Shown one piece after another: positions 1-8,975 of a DNA stretch of 64,000 bases. The position numbers and the translations under genes are program-made. The stretch lies in NCBI GenBank assembly GCA_964570925.1, contig CAZNAF010000001.1, forward strand, positions 3,322 through 67,321. Reading direction: 5' to 3'. The notes under the pieces were generated by a model, which was not told the origin of the DNA, ran no database searches, and saw nothing but the letters and a program-made list of their open reading frames with translations. Within the stretch, counting starts at the first letter, position 1; the number at the start of each line of letters is the position of its first letter. The DNA is from an uncultured Anaerolinea sp. Its GTDB lineage: Bacteria > Chloroflexota > Anaerolineae > Anaerolineales > Anaerolineaceae.

Positions 1-191
1 AACAACAGCATTTGTACCAACGCGAAGATCAAAATATCGGCTTTGCCGCCGCTTCTGGGTTGGGCCAGATCTGGTTCTTGTCGCCGTAATTCAGACATAG
101 CATTAGAATAACCGATTTTTTCAAATACGGTCAAGTCTTAAGGCTTATGATTCCTGCCGGTTTCTCGTGCAGACAGGTTATAATCTGGGGT

Positions 192-749
192 ATGCAAGAA
201 GAAATCTATATCAGTGTGGATGTTGAGACCGCAGGTCCGATTCCTGCGGATTTTGCTTTGTTGTCCATCGGCGCCTGTCTGGTCGATGATCCTCAGACTT
301 CCTTTTATGTGGAAATGCAGCCTGACCGCGAGCGGTTTACTGAAGAGGCCATGAACATTCACGGATTGACCCTCGATCGCCTTAAACAGACTGGAAAACC
401 AGCTGCGGAGGCTATGCAGGCTTTCGCAGATTGGGTGCGCGAAATAGCTGGTCCTTCTGCGCGGCCAGTTTTTGTGGCCCTCAACGCCCCCTTTGACTGG
501 ATGTTCGTTAACGATTATTTCCATCGCTATCTGGGCGAGAACCCTTTTGGCCACAGTGCGCTGGATATTAAGGCCTATTTTATGGGGCAATCCGGGGTGG
601 AATGGGGTCAGACCTCCATGCAGCAAATGTCCCGACGCCTTTTGCAGGAAAGAAAGCTCACTCACAACGCCCTTGCTGATGCGCAAGATCAAGCCGAGAT
701 TTTCAGGCTCATCCTTAAACGTACACCGTCTACACCTGCCGGGCGCTGA
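192..749 (+). CDS. DEDDh-type 3'-5' exonuclease (DnaQ/RNase T-like)
   Basis: ORF 147..749. Exo motifs are visible: ExoI SVDVETAG, ExoII NAPFDWMF, ExoIII HNALADAQ. Start placed at ATG 192 (MQEEIYISVDVE) because the DxE motif normally lies close to the N terminus. ATG 147 is the alternative. Confidence 0.8.
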   Translation: MQEEIYISVDVETAGPIPADFALLSIGACLVDDPQTSFYVEMQPDRERFTEEAMNIHGLTLDRLKQTGKPAAEAMQAFADWVREIAGPSARPVFVALNAPFDWMFVNDYFHRYLGENPFGHSALDIKAYFMGQSGVEWGQTSMQQMSRRLLQERKLTHNALADAQDQAEIFRLILKRTPSTPAGR

Positions 750-828
750 CCAGATTTCTCACCTTCCCCTCGATTTTTGCTATACTAAATTGAAACCGGT
801 TATCTGAAATACCCAGAGGAGGTTATCA

Positions 829-2157
829 ATGTCCAACGCCAAACAAGTAACTGATCATAAACAAGACCTGGAACGTATCATGGAATCCGCGCAACGCCTG
901 GGCGTGGAGATCGAAGAAGAAGAAGCTCTGCAATGGTTGGCAAGTATGGCCACAAGCAGGGATGACGACAACATTACCATGAACACGCGCAGCGGGGTCT
1001 TCGGTCACAGGATCACCATGCTTGATTTCAGTGACGACGAATTGGAATATTTTAAACGCGTTGGCTCCATCGTGGAGTTCGCCGATGTCACGGGACAGGT
1101 GGAAACCGCTCTGGCACTCTCTGGATCTTCCGCACAATCCAAGATCCAATCCTATCCGGGGGACTGTGACTATTTTGAACGTGTCAATATCCTCGCGCCC
1201 ACGCGCGAAGAGGCTTGCAAGATCCTTTCGCGCATTATGCTCGAGAAAGCCCTTTCGAGTTTACAGGGCAAGAATTATCAGTTGATCGAAGTCAAGTACG
1301 GGTCCTACCCGGTGGATATGGTGATCGGGGACCAAAAAGCCAAGGCTGGCACCCCCATTGCCTGGCGTCCTGACCAGCTCAAGGCGCAAAAAATTGATGG
1401 GTTCACGCCGGATGGCGCGGCCGTCAGTGTCACCTGGGAGCAGGTCAGCATCGACCCAGGCTGGTGCAAACTGGACTGGGTTGTGGCCGATCCGATCCAT
1501 CGCCAGCTGGCAAACGCCAGTAACATGCTGGATGTAACCTGGGAGGCTCCTGACGGGAGCATCACGCCTCTGGATGGCTACCTGGACCCTTATTTCCAGG
1601 AGGTCTATCTCGAAGCCGCGTCCGTGCCGATCTTCTCCAAGCTGGCACAGCATGTCTCGGCCAACGCTCTGGATGAATATGTGGCCGCGCTGGAACGTGA
1701 AGTAAAGAAATATCTCACCAAGGATATCAATTACGGTAAGGTGGCCAAACGTATGTATAACATTTTCCGCCTGACCGGGCGTTATGCGGAAGCCAGCTTT
1801 TTGCGTGAATTATTTGATGAACCAGCCACCATGCTCTATCAGGTGTGGTCTCTCATCCGTACCATTGATGACGCCAGCGTCCCGGGAGCGTCCATCACCC
1901 GCGCGCAACTCGTACAATCCACCGACAATCTCATTATTGAAGTCATTAAAGCCCTTGAAGGGGAGGAGGAAACTGAAATCGTCAGTCATTTGTTGAGATT
2001 ACGTGACGCGCTGGCTAATCCGGCCGGAAAGGCGATATTAAGCAATGAGGCCGAGGTGGCTCGCGGCATGGTGATCAACCTGGTGAATAACTTCTTCTAC
2101 GAACGCCTTACCGCACTGCCTGCCATCAAGGAATATATGGATGTATTCACTCACTAA
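829..2157 (+). CDS. Pol-beta-superfamily nucleotidyltransferase-like protein, family not recognised (hypothetical)
   Basis: 442-aa ORF with SD GAGGAGG 6 nt upstream of ATG 829. LSGSSAQSKIQSYPGDCDYFERV fits the hG[GS]-x9-13-D-x-[DE] signature of Pol-beta-fold NTases (same spacing as OAS/cGAS-type enzymes). Long helical C-terminal half. Confidence 0.75.
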   Translation: MSNAKQVTDHKQDLERIMESAQRLGVEIEEEEALQWLASMATSRDDDNITMNTRSGVFGHRITMLDFSDDELEYFKRVGSIVEFADVTGQVETALALSGSSAQSKIQSYPGDCDYFERVNILAPTREEACKILSRIMLEKALSSLQGKNYQLIEVKYGSYPVDMVIGDQKAKAGTPIAWRPDQLKAQKIDGFTPDGAAVSVTWEQVSIDPGWCKLDWVVADPIHRQLANASNMLDVTWEAPDGSITPLDGYLDPYFQEVYLEAASVPIFSKLAQHVSANALDEYVAALEREVKKYLTKDINYGKVAKRMYNIFRLTGRYAEASFLRELFDEPATMLYQVWSLIRTIDDASVPGASITRAQLVQSTDNLIIEVIKALEGEEETEIVSHLLRLRDALANPAGKAILSNEAEVARGMVINLVNNFFYERLTALPAIKEYMDVFTH

Positions 2158-2171
2158 GGAAAATTGGATTA

Positions 2172-2654
2172 ATGGCTGATGACCGGAGGAAAAAATTGAC
2201 CACACTGGTTTTAGTGGGCGTTTTCACTGCCCTGGCCACCGGTATCGCGATCGGTGTTCAATCCACACTGAGCAGCCGTATCGGCACCCTGATCGGAAGT
2301 TTTAAAACTGGTGTGCTGATGAATGCCATTGGTGGTTTGATCGCCGGGTTGATCCTCCTGATCCTGTTGATCGTAAACGGCAAGGGATTCTGGCAGATGC
2401 CTGCCGCGGCTTTGATCATGTTGGTGGTTGCCGGTGCCCTTGGAATTCTTATCATCACCGGTGTGGCTTTTTCGCTGCAAAAGATCGGCATTGCCGCGGG
2501 GCTGGCTATCCTGATCTTCGGTCAGATGGTGATCTCCGTCATCGCCGATAGCAAGGGTTGGGGAGGCGGAACTCCTGTTCCGGTAACCCTGCCGAGAATT
2601 TTCGGATTGGTTGTTTTGGCAGCCGGTATTTATTTGCTGTTGCCAAAGAAGTGA
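2172..2654 (+). CDS. Half-size DMT-superfamily membrane protein (YdcZ/DUF606-like)
   Basis: 160 aa, about 5 hydrophobic helices. The GVQSTLSSRIG motif after TM1 resembles the YdcZ family. Starts 14 nt after the previous stop. Confidence 0.7.
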   Translation: MADDRRKKLTTLVLVGVFTALATGIAIGVQSTLSSRIGTLIGSFKTGVLMNAIGGLIAGLILLILLIVNGKGFWQMPAAALIMLVVAGALGILIITGVAFSLQKIGIAAGLAILIFGQMVISVIADSKGWGGGTPVPVTLPRIFGLVVLAAGIYLLLPKK

Positions 2655-2657
2655 TCA

Positions 2658-3230
2658 ATGAAAGCGGAAACGATGCCTGAAAACGAACCACAGGGATATG
2701 CCATCGAGTTGTTTTTTGATGAGACGACCGAGAAAGCCATTCTGGCCTTTCGTGAATCCATCTATCAAGCGGGTGTTACTCCGGTATTGGGAAGTCTCAA
2801 GGACCGTCCGCACATCAGCCTGGCGGTTTTCGGCCGTCAAGAACCGCAGCACCTGATCCGCATCGCGGAACGCTTCGCCTTGCAATGCCCACCCATGCCG
2901 GTAGATCTTTCCGCCTTGGGTTCCTTTCCGACAGATTCAAACGTGGTCTTCCTGTTACCGGTGGTTACCACCACTCTGTTGGGGGTTCATCGAGATTTGC
3001 ATCAGATTTTGGAAGAGGAGAAGATCAACTCGTCGCATTACTATTTACCCGGTCATTGGGTGCCACACTGCACCCTTGAATCAGACCTTGCGGATGACCA
3101 GTTGAACCTGGCCATACACTTGTGCCAAAAGAACTTTCAACCTCTCAGCGGTAATTTAACCGCAGTGGGCGTGATCGCTTTTCGGCCATTGGATTATCTT
3201 GCCGAGTTCTCTTTAACAAAGAAGGAATAA
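2658..3230 (+). CDS. 2H phosphoesterase superfamily protein (LigT / 2'-5' RNA ligase / cyclic phosphodiesterase-like)
   Basis: 190 aa with the two diagnostic H-x-[ST]-x motifs: RPHISLAVF and VPHCTLESD. 3-nt gap to the upstream gene. Confidence 0.75.
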   Translation: MKAETMPENEPQGYAIELFFDETTEKAILAFRESIYQAGVTPVLGSLKDRPHISLAVFGRQEPQHLIRIAERFALQCPPMPVDLSALGSFPTDSNVVFLLPVVTTTLLGVHRDLHQILEEEKINSSHYYLPGHWVPHCTLESDLADDQLNLAIHLCQKNFQPLSGNLTAVGVIAFRPLDYLAEFSLTKKE

Positions 3231-3236
3231 AACAAA

Positions 3237-3704
3237 ATGAACATCCCCCCCTATCAACCGGATCCAGATAAGGTGTCAGAGGCCGCCGAACGTTCACGCT
3301 CGCGGGCAGAAGAATATCTCAAAGACCCCGAAAAATCAAAACGCCTGCTCGACGAAGCGATGAAGAAGGCTAAAAGTAAGGAAAAACCGAGCGGACCCGT
3401 GGCGGAGCTTTTAGAGAACCTCAAATCTGTGTTCCGTTTATTGCAGGCTTATTTCAGCAAACAATACACAGCTATCCCTTGGGGTTCCATCGCCATGCTG
3501 GTCGGAGCGGTGGTCTATTTTGTATCTCCCATTGACCTAATGCCCGACTGGTTCCCTCTGTCAGGTCTGATCGACGACGCGGCCGTTCTGATGTTCGTGA
3601 TCCGGCAGATCCAGGCGGACCTGGGTAAATTTCAAGCTTGGGAAGCTGAACGCAACACCAGCAACGCAGAAAAGGTCATTGACCTGCAGGTAAAAGAAGA
3701 GTAA
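3237..3704 (+). CDS. DUF1232 (YkvA-like) membrane protein
   Basis: VYFVSPIDLMPDWFPLSGLIDDAAVLMFV is the hallmark DUF1232 segment. 6-nt gap to the upstream gene. Confidence 0.75.
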   Translation: MNIPPYQPDPDKVSEAAERSRSRAEEYLKDPEKSKRLLDEAMKKAKSKEKPSGPVAELLENLKSVFRLLQAYFSKQYTAIPWGSIAMLVGAVVYFVSPIDLMPDWFPLSGLIDDAAVLMFVIRQIQADLGKFQAWEAERNTSNAEKVIDLQVKEE

Positions 3705-3766
3705 CAGGGAGCGGATTTGCGATATATAATCAAATCACAATCAAAAAATTAGACAAGGAGAAGCTC

Positions 3767-4156
3767 ATGAAGAATCGTGTGGCGATTTGGATCGTGGTTT
3801 TACTGGTGGCCGGGATGTCCCTGTCGGCCTGCGGGATCGCGAAGGAATTGACCGCGGTCAATGCAGCCTCCGAAACCTTGATGACGGCGTTTCGAGATGG
3901 TGACGCGCAGACCTCATGGAATTTGCTGACCCCTGAAGTCCAAGCCGAGATCGGCGATATTGCCAATTGGCAGAGTTTCATTGAAACTCGCAATTTTTCT
4001 GAATGGAAATTCACCAACACCCAGTTTGAGAATGATGTCGCCCAGGTGGATGGGGAAGCCACCCTGGGAGAAGAAACCTATACCATCGTATTGGTATTAC
4101 AGAAGCTGGAAGGCAGCTGGAGGTTTTCAGGCATCAACATCACGTTTTTGAAATAG
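3767..4156 (+). CDS. Small lipoprotein, function unknown
   Basis: Signal peptide with lipobox LSAC (MKNRVAIWIVVLLVAGMSLSAC). SD AAGGAGAAG upstream. Followed by a terminator. Confidence 0.75.
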   Translation: MKNRVAIWIVVLLVAGMSLSACGIAKELTAVNAASETLMTAFRDGDAQTSWNLLTPEVQAEIGDIANWQSFIETRNFSEWKFTNTQFENDVAQVDGEATLGEETYTIVLVLQKLEGSWRFSGINITFLK

Positions 4157-4172
4157 TCAGTTTTTTGGCTTC

Positions 4173-4198
4173 GGGCGGGGTAACTCCCGCCTTTTTTT
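4173..4198 (+). terminator. Rho-independent terminator closing the 192..4156 operon
   Basis: GGGCGGGG-TAACT-CCCGCC hairpin followed by T7. A second hairpin, AGTTGG-CGAAAA-CCAACT plus T-run, lies at 4225..4252. Confidence 0.7.
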
Positions 4199-4283
4199 AT
4201 TCGGTGCACTCAGGTCTAGTTTGCAGTTGGCGAAAACCAACTATCTTTTTTTGTGCATTTGATTCGCTTGAAAGGTAATTTGA

Positions 4284-4718
4284 ATGAGTCCCCAAAATAC
4301 CCCTCCTCCGCTTCCGTCAAATCCCCCACCATTTATCCCGGATGTTCCACCGCCGCCCGCAAACCCGGAAATTGTAAGCCTGGTGGTGGATAGGGTGCAG
4401 CAGAAAACTGGCGTTTTTTCTAGACAGACCTGGCGCATGCTGGTTACCAACATGCGTTTGATCTTCGTAATAGACAGCAGGACCAATGAAGAGTACATGC
4501 GTCAGGACCCCAGCCTGAGCCTGGCCGAGAATCCCTCGAATTTTGCCCTTCCCCTTGATGAAGTGCAGGTGATCGAGGTCTACCGGGGTGATTTTGAAAG
4601 CAGCGCCCCGGATTCCATGGTGGTAAAAACTTTTTCTGACAAGATGACCTTTTTGATCAAAGACGCCTACAGAACCGGCCAAAACCTAAAGAAGGTTTTA
4701 GGGAACAAGGTTAAATAA
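4284..4718 (+). CDS. Hypothetical protein with proline-rich N terminus
   Basis: 144-aa ORF. Pro-rich first 30 aa followed by a globular beta-rich domain. No motif recognised. Confidence 0.55.
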   Translation: MSPQNTPPPLPSNPPPFIPDVPPPPANPEIVSLVVDRVQQKTGVFSRQTWRMLVTNMRLIFVIDSRTNEEYMRQDPSLSLAENPSNFALPLDEVQVIEVYRGDFESSAPDSMVVKTFSDKMTFLIKDAYRTGQNLKKVLGNKVK

Positions 4719-4802
4719 TAAACAAGGCCGCGGTAACCCGCGGCCTTTACATTCAATGATAAAGGGAGGGGTTGTGACCCTCCTTTAATAAAAAATATTA
4801 AG

Positions 4803-6704
4803 CTAATACAAGTCGGCGGCATCAAACTGGCTGTTATAAATTTCAGCGTAGAAACCCTTCTTTGCCAGCAGTTCTTCATGCTTGCCTTGTTCCACGATAT
4901 CGCCGTCATTCATCACCAGGATCAGATCAGCGTTGCGAATGGTCGACAGGCGGTGTGCGATGATGAAACTGGTGCGGTCTTTCATCAGGATGTCCATGGC
5001 TTTCTGGATCAGGGTTTCTGTGCGTGTATCCACTGAACTGGTCGCTTCGTCAAGGATCAACATGCGTGGGTTGGAGAGGATCGCTCGTGCAATGGTCAGC
5101 AACTGCTTTTGGCCTTGTGAAATGTTGGAGGTTTCCTCATCCAGCACCATGTGATAACCTTCCGGCAAGGTGCGTATGAAATGATCCACGTTGGCTGTTT
5201 TGGCAGCGGCAACCACTTCCTCGTCGCTGGCATCCAGTTGCCCGTAGCGGATATTCTCCAGGATCGAGGCGTTATAAAGCCATGCGTCCTGCAGCACCAT
5301 CCCGAATTGATCGCGCAGATTCTCTCGTTGTAAATCCCTGATGTCATGCCCGTCCACCAGGATGGCGCCGCTGTTGACATCGTAGAAACGCATAAGCAGT
5401 TTGACCATGGTGGTCTTGCCAGCACCTGTGGGGCCGACAATGGCTACCTTTTGGCCTGGTTTGATGTCAACAGAAAAGTCATTAATGATGCATTTTTCTG
5501 GATCATAACCAAAGTGTACATGCTTGAATTCAACGTGACCACGCACGTCTTCCAGTTGGATGGGATTGGTTTTTTCTTCGACCTCTTCCCCTTCAGCCAG
5601 AAACTCAAAGACACGTTCCGCCGCGGCAGCAGTTTGTTGCAGCACATTGGAAATGTTCGCCACCTGGGTGATAGGGTGGGTGAAGGACCTGACATATTGG
5701 ATGAAGGCCTGGATGTCTCCCACGGTGATTAAATTCCTGAAGGCAAGGTAACCACCTAAAATGGCAATGCCCACGTAACCAAGGTTGCCGATGAAGTTCA
5801 TGATCGGCATCATCATGCCGGAAAGAAATTGCGACTTCCAGGCGGAAGAAAAGAGGGTGGTGTTGAACCGGTTGAATTTTTCGATGCTTTTCTTTTCGCC
5901 ATTGAACGCTTTCATCACCACGTGTCCGCCGAACATTTCTTCTATGTGTCCGTTCACGTGGCCCAGATAATCTTGTTGTTCCTTGAAATATTTTTGTGAT
6001 TGTTTGACCACGATACTGATAAAGAGGGCTGAAACAGGAAGAATGAAAAGCGCCACCAGGGTCATCGTCAGGCTGATTGAGATCATCATCACGAGAACAC
6101 CAATGATCGTTGTGGCCGACGTGATGAGTTGCGTCAGGCTCTGATTGAGCGTCTGGCTGACCGTATCCACGTCGTTGGTCACGCGCGACAGAACTTCTCC
6201 GTGGTTGGTGCCGTCAAAGTAACGCAGTGGCATGCGGTTGATCTTGGCCGCGATGTCTTTGCGGAATTGGTAGGTAATTTTCATGGAAATATCGGTCATG
6301 ATCCAGCCCTGGATGTAGGCAAACACGGCCGAAGCCAAATATAAGGCGATCATGATCACGATGATGTTGCCAATGAAGGTAAAATCTATCCCCGTACCAC
6401 TGCCGGCGATTTGAGCCACGATCCCTTCAAAGAGTTTTGTGGTAGCCCTGCCCAGAACCTTTGGCCCGATGATGGTAAAGACGGTGGAGGCAATGGCAAA
6501 AACGAACACCACGATCATGGGGATGGTAAAAGGTGAAAGGTAAGACAACAATTTCTTCATCGTGCCCTTGAAATTGCGGGCTTTCTCTCCGCCGCGCATC
6601 AGGCCACCCATCGGGCCTCCTCCCATTGGACCTCTGCCCATGTGCCCCCGGTCTTGTGTTTGGCCACTTTGCCTGTTTGATGAGCTGTTGTTTTGCGCCG
6701 TCAT
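4803..6704 (-). CDS. ABC exporter, fused permease/ATPase subunit (type I exporter half-transporter)
   Basis: 633 aa. Six-helix TMD then NBD with Walker A GPTGAGKTT, signature ISQGQKQLL and Walker B LILDEATS. Start overlaps the upstream gene stop by 4 nt. Confidence 0.9.
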   Translation of the reverse strand: MTAQNNSSSNRQSGQTQDRGHMGRGPMGGGPMGGLMRGGEKARNFKGTMKKLLSYLSPFTIPMIVVFVFAIASTVFTIIGPKVLGRATTKLFEGIVAQIAGSGTGIDFTFIGNIIVIMIALYLASAVFAYIQGWIMTDISMKITYQFRKDIAAKINRMPLRYFDGTNHGEVLSRVTNDVDTVSQTLNQSLTQLITSATTIIGVLVMMISISLTMTLVALFILPVSALFISIVVKQSQKYFKEQQDYLGHVNGHIEEMFGGHVVMKAFNGEKKSIEKFNRFNTTLFSSAWKSQFLSGMMMPIMNFIGNLGYVGIAILGGYLAFRNLITVGDIQAFIQYVRSFTHPITQVANISNVLQQTAAAAERVFEFLAEGEEVEEKTNPIQLEDVRGHVEFKHVHFGYDPEKCIINDFSVDIKPGQKVAIVGPTGAGKTTMVKLLMRFYDVNSGAILVDGHDIRDLQRENLRDQFGMVLQDAWLYNASILENIRYGQLDASDEEVVAAAKTANVDHFIRTLPEGYHMVLDEETSNISQGQKQLLTIARAILSNPRMLILDEATSSVDTRTETLIQKAMDILMKDRTSFIIAHRLSTIRNADLILVMNDGDIVEQGKHEELLAKKGFYAEIYNSQFDAADLY

Positions 6705-8938
6705 GCCAGTTCCTCCGCGCTTAATTGTGAGGCAGCGATCTCTCGATAGGTCTCACAGGTTTTAAGTAATTTCTCATGCTTTCCGATTCCAACGATCTCC
6801 CCGTTGTCAAGGACGATGATCTGGTCAGCTGTTTTCACCGTGGCAACCCGCTGGGTCACGATGATGACGGTGGATTCTCCGGTTTCTTTTTTCAACGCTC
6901 GTCGAAGTGCTGAATCGGTCTTGAAATCAAGCGCTGAAAGACAGTCGTCAAAAATGTATACCGGGGGTTTCTTTACCAACGCGCGGGCGATGGCGAGACG
7001 TTGTTTTTGACCGCCTGAAACGTTACTGCCGCCCTGAGAAATTTCCATTTGTAGTCCGTTTTCGTTATTGTAGACAAAATCGGCAGCCTGGGCGATCTCA
7101 ATGGCCTTTTTTATGGCGGCATCATCGGCGTTCTCATCGGCGTAGCGCAGGTTGCTTTCAATGGTGCCAGAAAACAGCAATCCTTTTTGCGGAACGTAGC
7201 CGATCTTTTCGCGTAGTTCGCCTTGCTTGACTTCACGAATATCCACCCCGTCCATGAGGATGGCGCCGTTGGTGATGTCGAAAAATCGCGGGATCAGGTT
7301 CACCACCGTGGATTTGCCGGAACCGGTCGAACCGATAATGGCCGTGGTTTCACCGGGCTTGGCTGTAAAACTCAGGTTGTGCAGCACGTCCTCTTCAGCG
7401 TTTGGATAGCGGAAGGAAACATCACGAAATTCGATCAGTCCATTGGTGGTTTTACCAAAGTGATTGGGGTCTTTGGGGTCGAGTATGGTTGCTTCCACTG
7501 CCAGCACTTCAGCCACACGGCCAGCTGAAACCGACGCGCGCGGCAGGATGATGAACATGAACGAAAGCATCAGAAAAGAGAACACTACCTGAATGGCGTA
7601 TTGCATGAATGCCATCATGTCGCCTACCTGCAACGCTGAATTCGCCACCTGATGGGCGCCCACCCAGATGATGACCACAGACAGGCCATTCATGATGAGC
7701 ATCATAAACGGCATCAAGATCACCATGATGCGGCTTACAAAGAGCATATTTTGTGTCAGGTCTTGATTGGCTTTATCAAAACGCTGCGCTTCGAACGACT
7801 GGGTATTAAAGGCGCGTATGACCATCATTCCGGAAAGGCTTTCACGGGTGACCAGGTTCAACCTGTCGATCAAACTTTGAATGAGTTTGAATTTGGGAAG
7901 CGACACGCTGAAAACGACGATAATCACAGCCAGCAATACAGCCACTGCCAGGGCGATGATCCAGGTCATGGAAGGACTCGTGTTGATGGCCTGCAAGACT
8001 GCGCCGACACCTATGATGGGGGCATAAAACACCATTCTGATCATCATTACAATAACCGTCTGGATTTGCGTGATGTCATTGGTGGAACGGGTGATCAGGG
8101 ATGCAGTGGAAAACTTTTCGAATTCAGCCTTTGAAAAACCCTCCACTTTGGTAAAGAGGTCGCGGCGGACATCCCGGGCCACACCGGCCGCAGTACGCGC
8201 GGAAAGGAAACTGACGACGATGGTACAGGTAACGGATGCAAGAGAAAGTAAAAGCATTAATCCGCCGATCCTCAGCAGATAGGCGGTCTGGAATTTTCCC
8301 AGGTCCATGCCCAGAGCGTCGTATTCTGCCTTGATGGGAGCCGCAACGGATTGTTCGATCATGCTCTCGCTCATGCCGATGAACCTATCATTGATCGCGG
8401 TGTTAATGCGAACCCGTTCTCCTTCAGGCATTTTTGCCAGCACATCAAAAAGATCCATGCCTGCCGGGATCATTGAAAGGTCCATCCCACTGGCGCCAAG
8501 CTCCGCGGCTTTCTGCGGGTCGGACATGATGCTTTCGATCATCGACACGGTCAGGAGCGCTTTTCCACTGATTGCGTTAAGCTTGCTAATATCCGCGGCG
8601 TCAAGATCGTTGAGTACGTAGATGTCCTCATTGGCAAAGGCCGGGAATTTCTCGGAAATTGTCGTAGCGTTCGCGTCACCCTTTTCAACTCTCGTGTAAG
8701 CGGCAAGGAGCTCATCCTTTTCTTCCGGGACAAGCACTAATTGCATTTTTTCTATGGTGCTCGCGCGCATAGCCACCGGGAGGGCGTTTTCCACACCGCC
8801 CTGCTGGATGCCCACGTTAACGATTTCTGACATGTAATTGGGCAAGGCCAGGTCGGCCATGGCTTGACCAAATAAGAGCGCAATGGCGGCAAGGATCAAA
8901 AAGGCGTAAGGTTTAAGGTATTTAAACAACTTGATCAT
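6701..8938 (-). CDS. ABC exporter, fused permease/ATPase subunit with large extracytoplasmic insertion
   Basis: 745 aa. Walker A GSTGSGKST, signature VSGGQKQRL, Walker B YIFDDCLS. A roughly 180-aa hydrophilic segment lies between TM1 and TM2. Confidence 0.9.
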   Translation of the reverse strand: MIKLFKYLKPYAFLILAAIALLFGQAMADLALPNYMSEIVNVGIQQGGVENALPVAMRASTIEKMQLVLVPEEKDELLAAYTRVEKGDANATTISEKFPAFANEDIYVLNDLDAADISKLNAISGKALLTVSMIESIMSDPQKAAELGASGMDLSMIPAGMDLFDVLAKMPEGERVRINTAINDRFIGMSESMIEQSVAAPIKAEYDALGMDLGKFQTAYLLRIGGLMLLLSLASVTCTIVVSFLSARTAAGVARDVRRDLFTKVEGFSKAEFEKFSTASLITRSTNDITQIQTVIVMMIRMVFYAPIIGVGAVLQAINTSPSMTWIIALAVAVLLAVIIVVFSVSLPKFKLIQSLIDRLNLVTRESLSGMMVIRAFNTQSFEAQRFDKANQDLTQNMLFVSRIMVILMPFMMLIMNGLSVVIIWVGAHQVANSALQVGDMMAFMQYAIQVVFSFLMLSFMFIILPRASVSAGRVAEVLAVEATILDPKDPNHFGKTTNGLIEFRDVSFRYPNAEEDVLHNLSFTAKPGETTAIIGSTGSGKSTVVNLIPRFFDITNGAILMDGVDIREVKQGELREKIGYVPQKGLLFSGTIESNLRYADENADDAAIKKAIEIAQAADFVYNNENGLQMEISQGGSNVSGGQKQRLAIARALVKKPPVYIFDDCLSALDFKTDSALRRALKKETGESTVIIVTQRVATVKTADQIIVLDNGEIVGIGKHEKLLKTCETYREIAASQLSAEELA

Positions 8939-8975
8939 TGATTAATAACTCCTCTACAATGAGAGCCAAAAAGGG

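Noticed and set aside
1-98. Possible 5' end of a minus-strand gene (ATG at 98..96, MSELRRQEPDLAQPRSGGKADILIFALVQMLL..., open to the window edge).
   Set aside because: Only 32 codons are visible, there is no convincing SD and no recognisable motif. This is too little evidence to list as a feature.
138-807. ORFs 138..692 (-) and 472..807 (+) overlapping the exonuclease gene.
   Set aside because: They lie antisense or out of frame to an ORF with clear DEDDh motifs. They have Arg/Pro/Ser-biased composition and no ribosome-binding site.
192-4156. Calling the first operon a CBASS or other named anti-phage system.
   Set aside because: There is no recognisable CBASS effector (patatin, TIR, endonuclease, SAVED/STING), no Cap2/Cap3-type accessory genes, and the NTase family is unconfirmed. 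I kept it as an open candidate only.
4724-4790. Two hairpins (AAGGCCGCGG-TAAC-CCGCGGCCTT and AAAGGGAGGG-N7-CCCTCCTTT) between convergent genes 4284..4718 and 4803..6704.
   Set aside because: They are probably the convergent terminators. The flanking U-runs are weak or ambiguous as to strand, so I did not assign them as discrete features.
7652-8134. 160-aa His/Asp-rich plus-strand ORF inside the ABC transporter gene.
   Set aside because: It is the low-complexity reverse-frame translation of a hydrophobic TMD-coding region. The minus-strand frame has complete ABC motifs.
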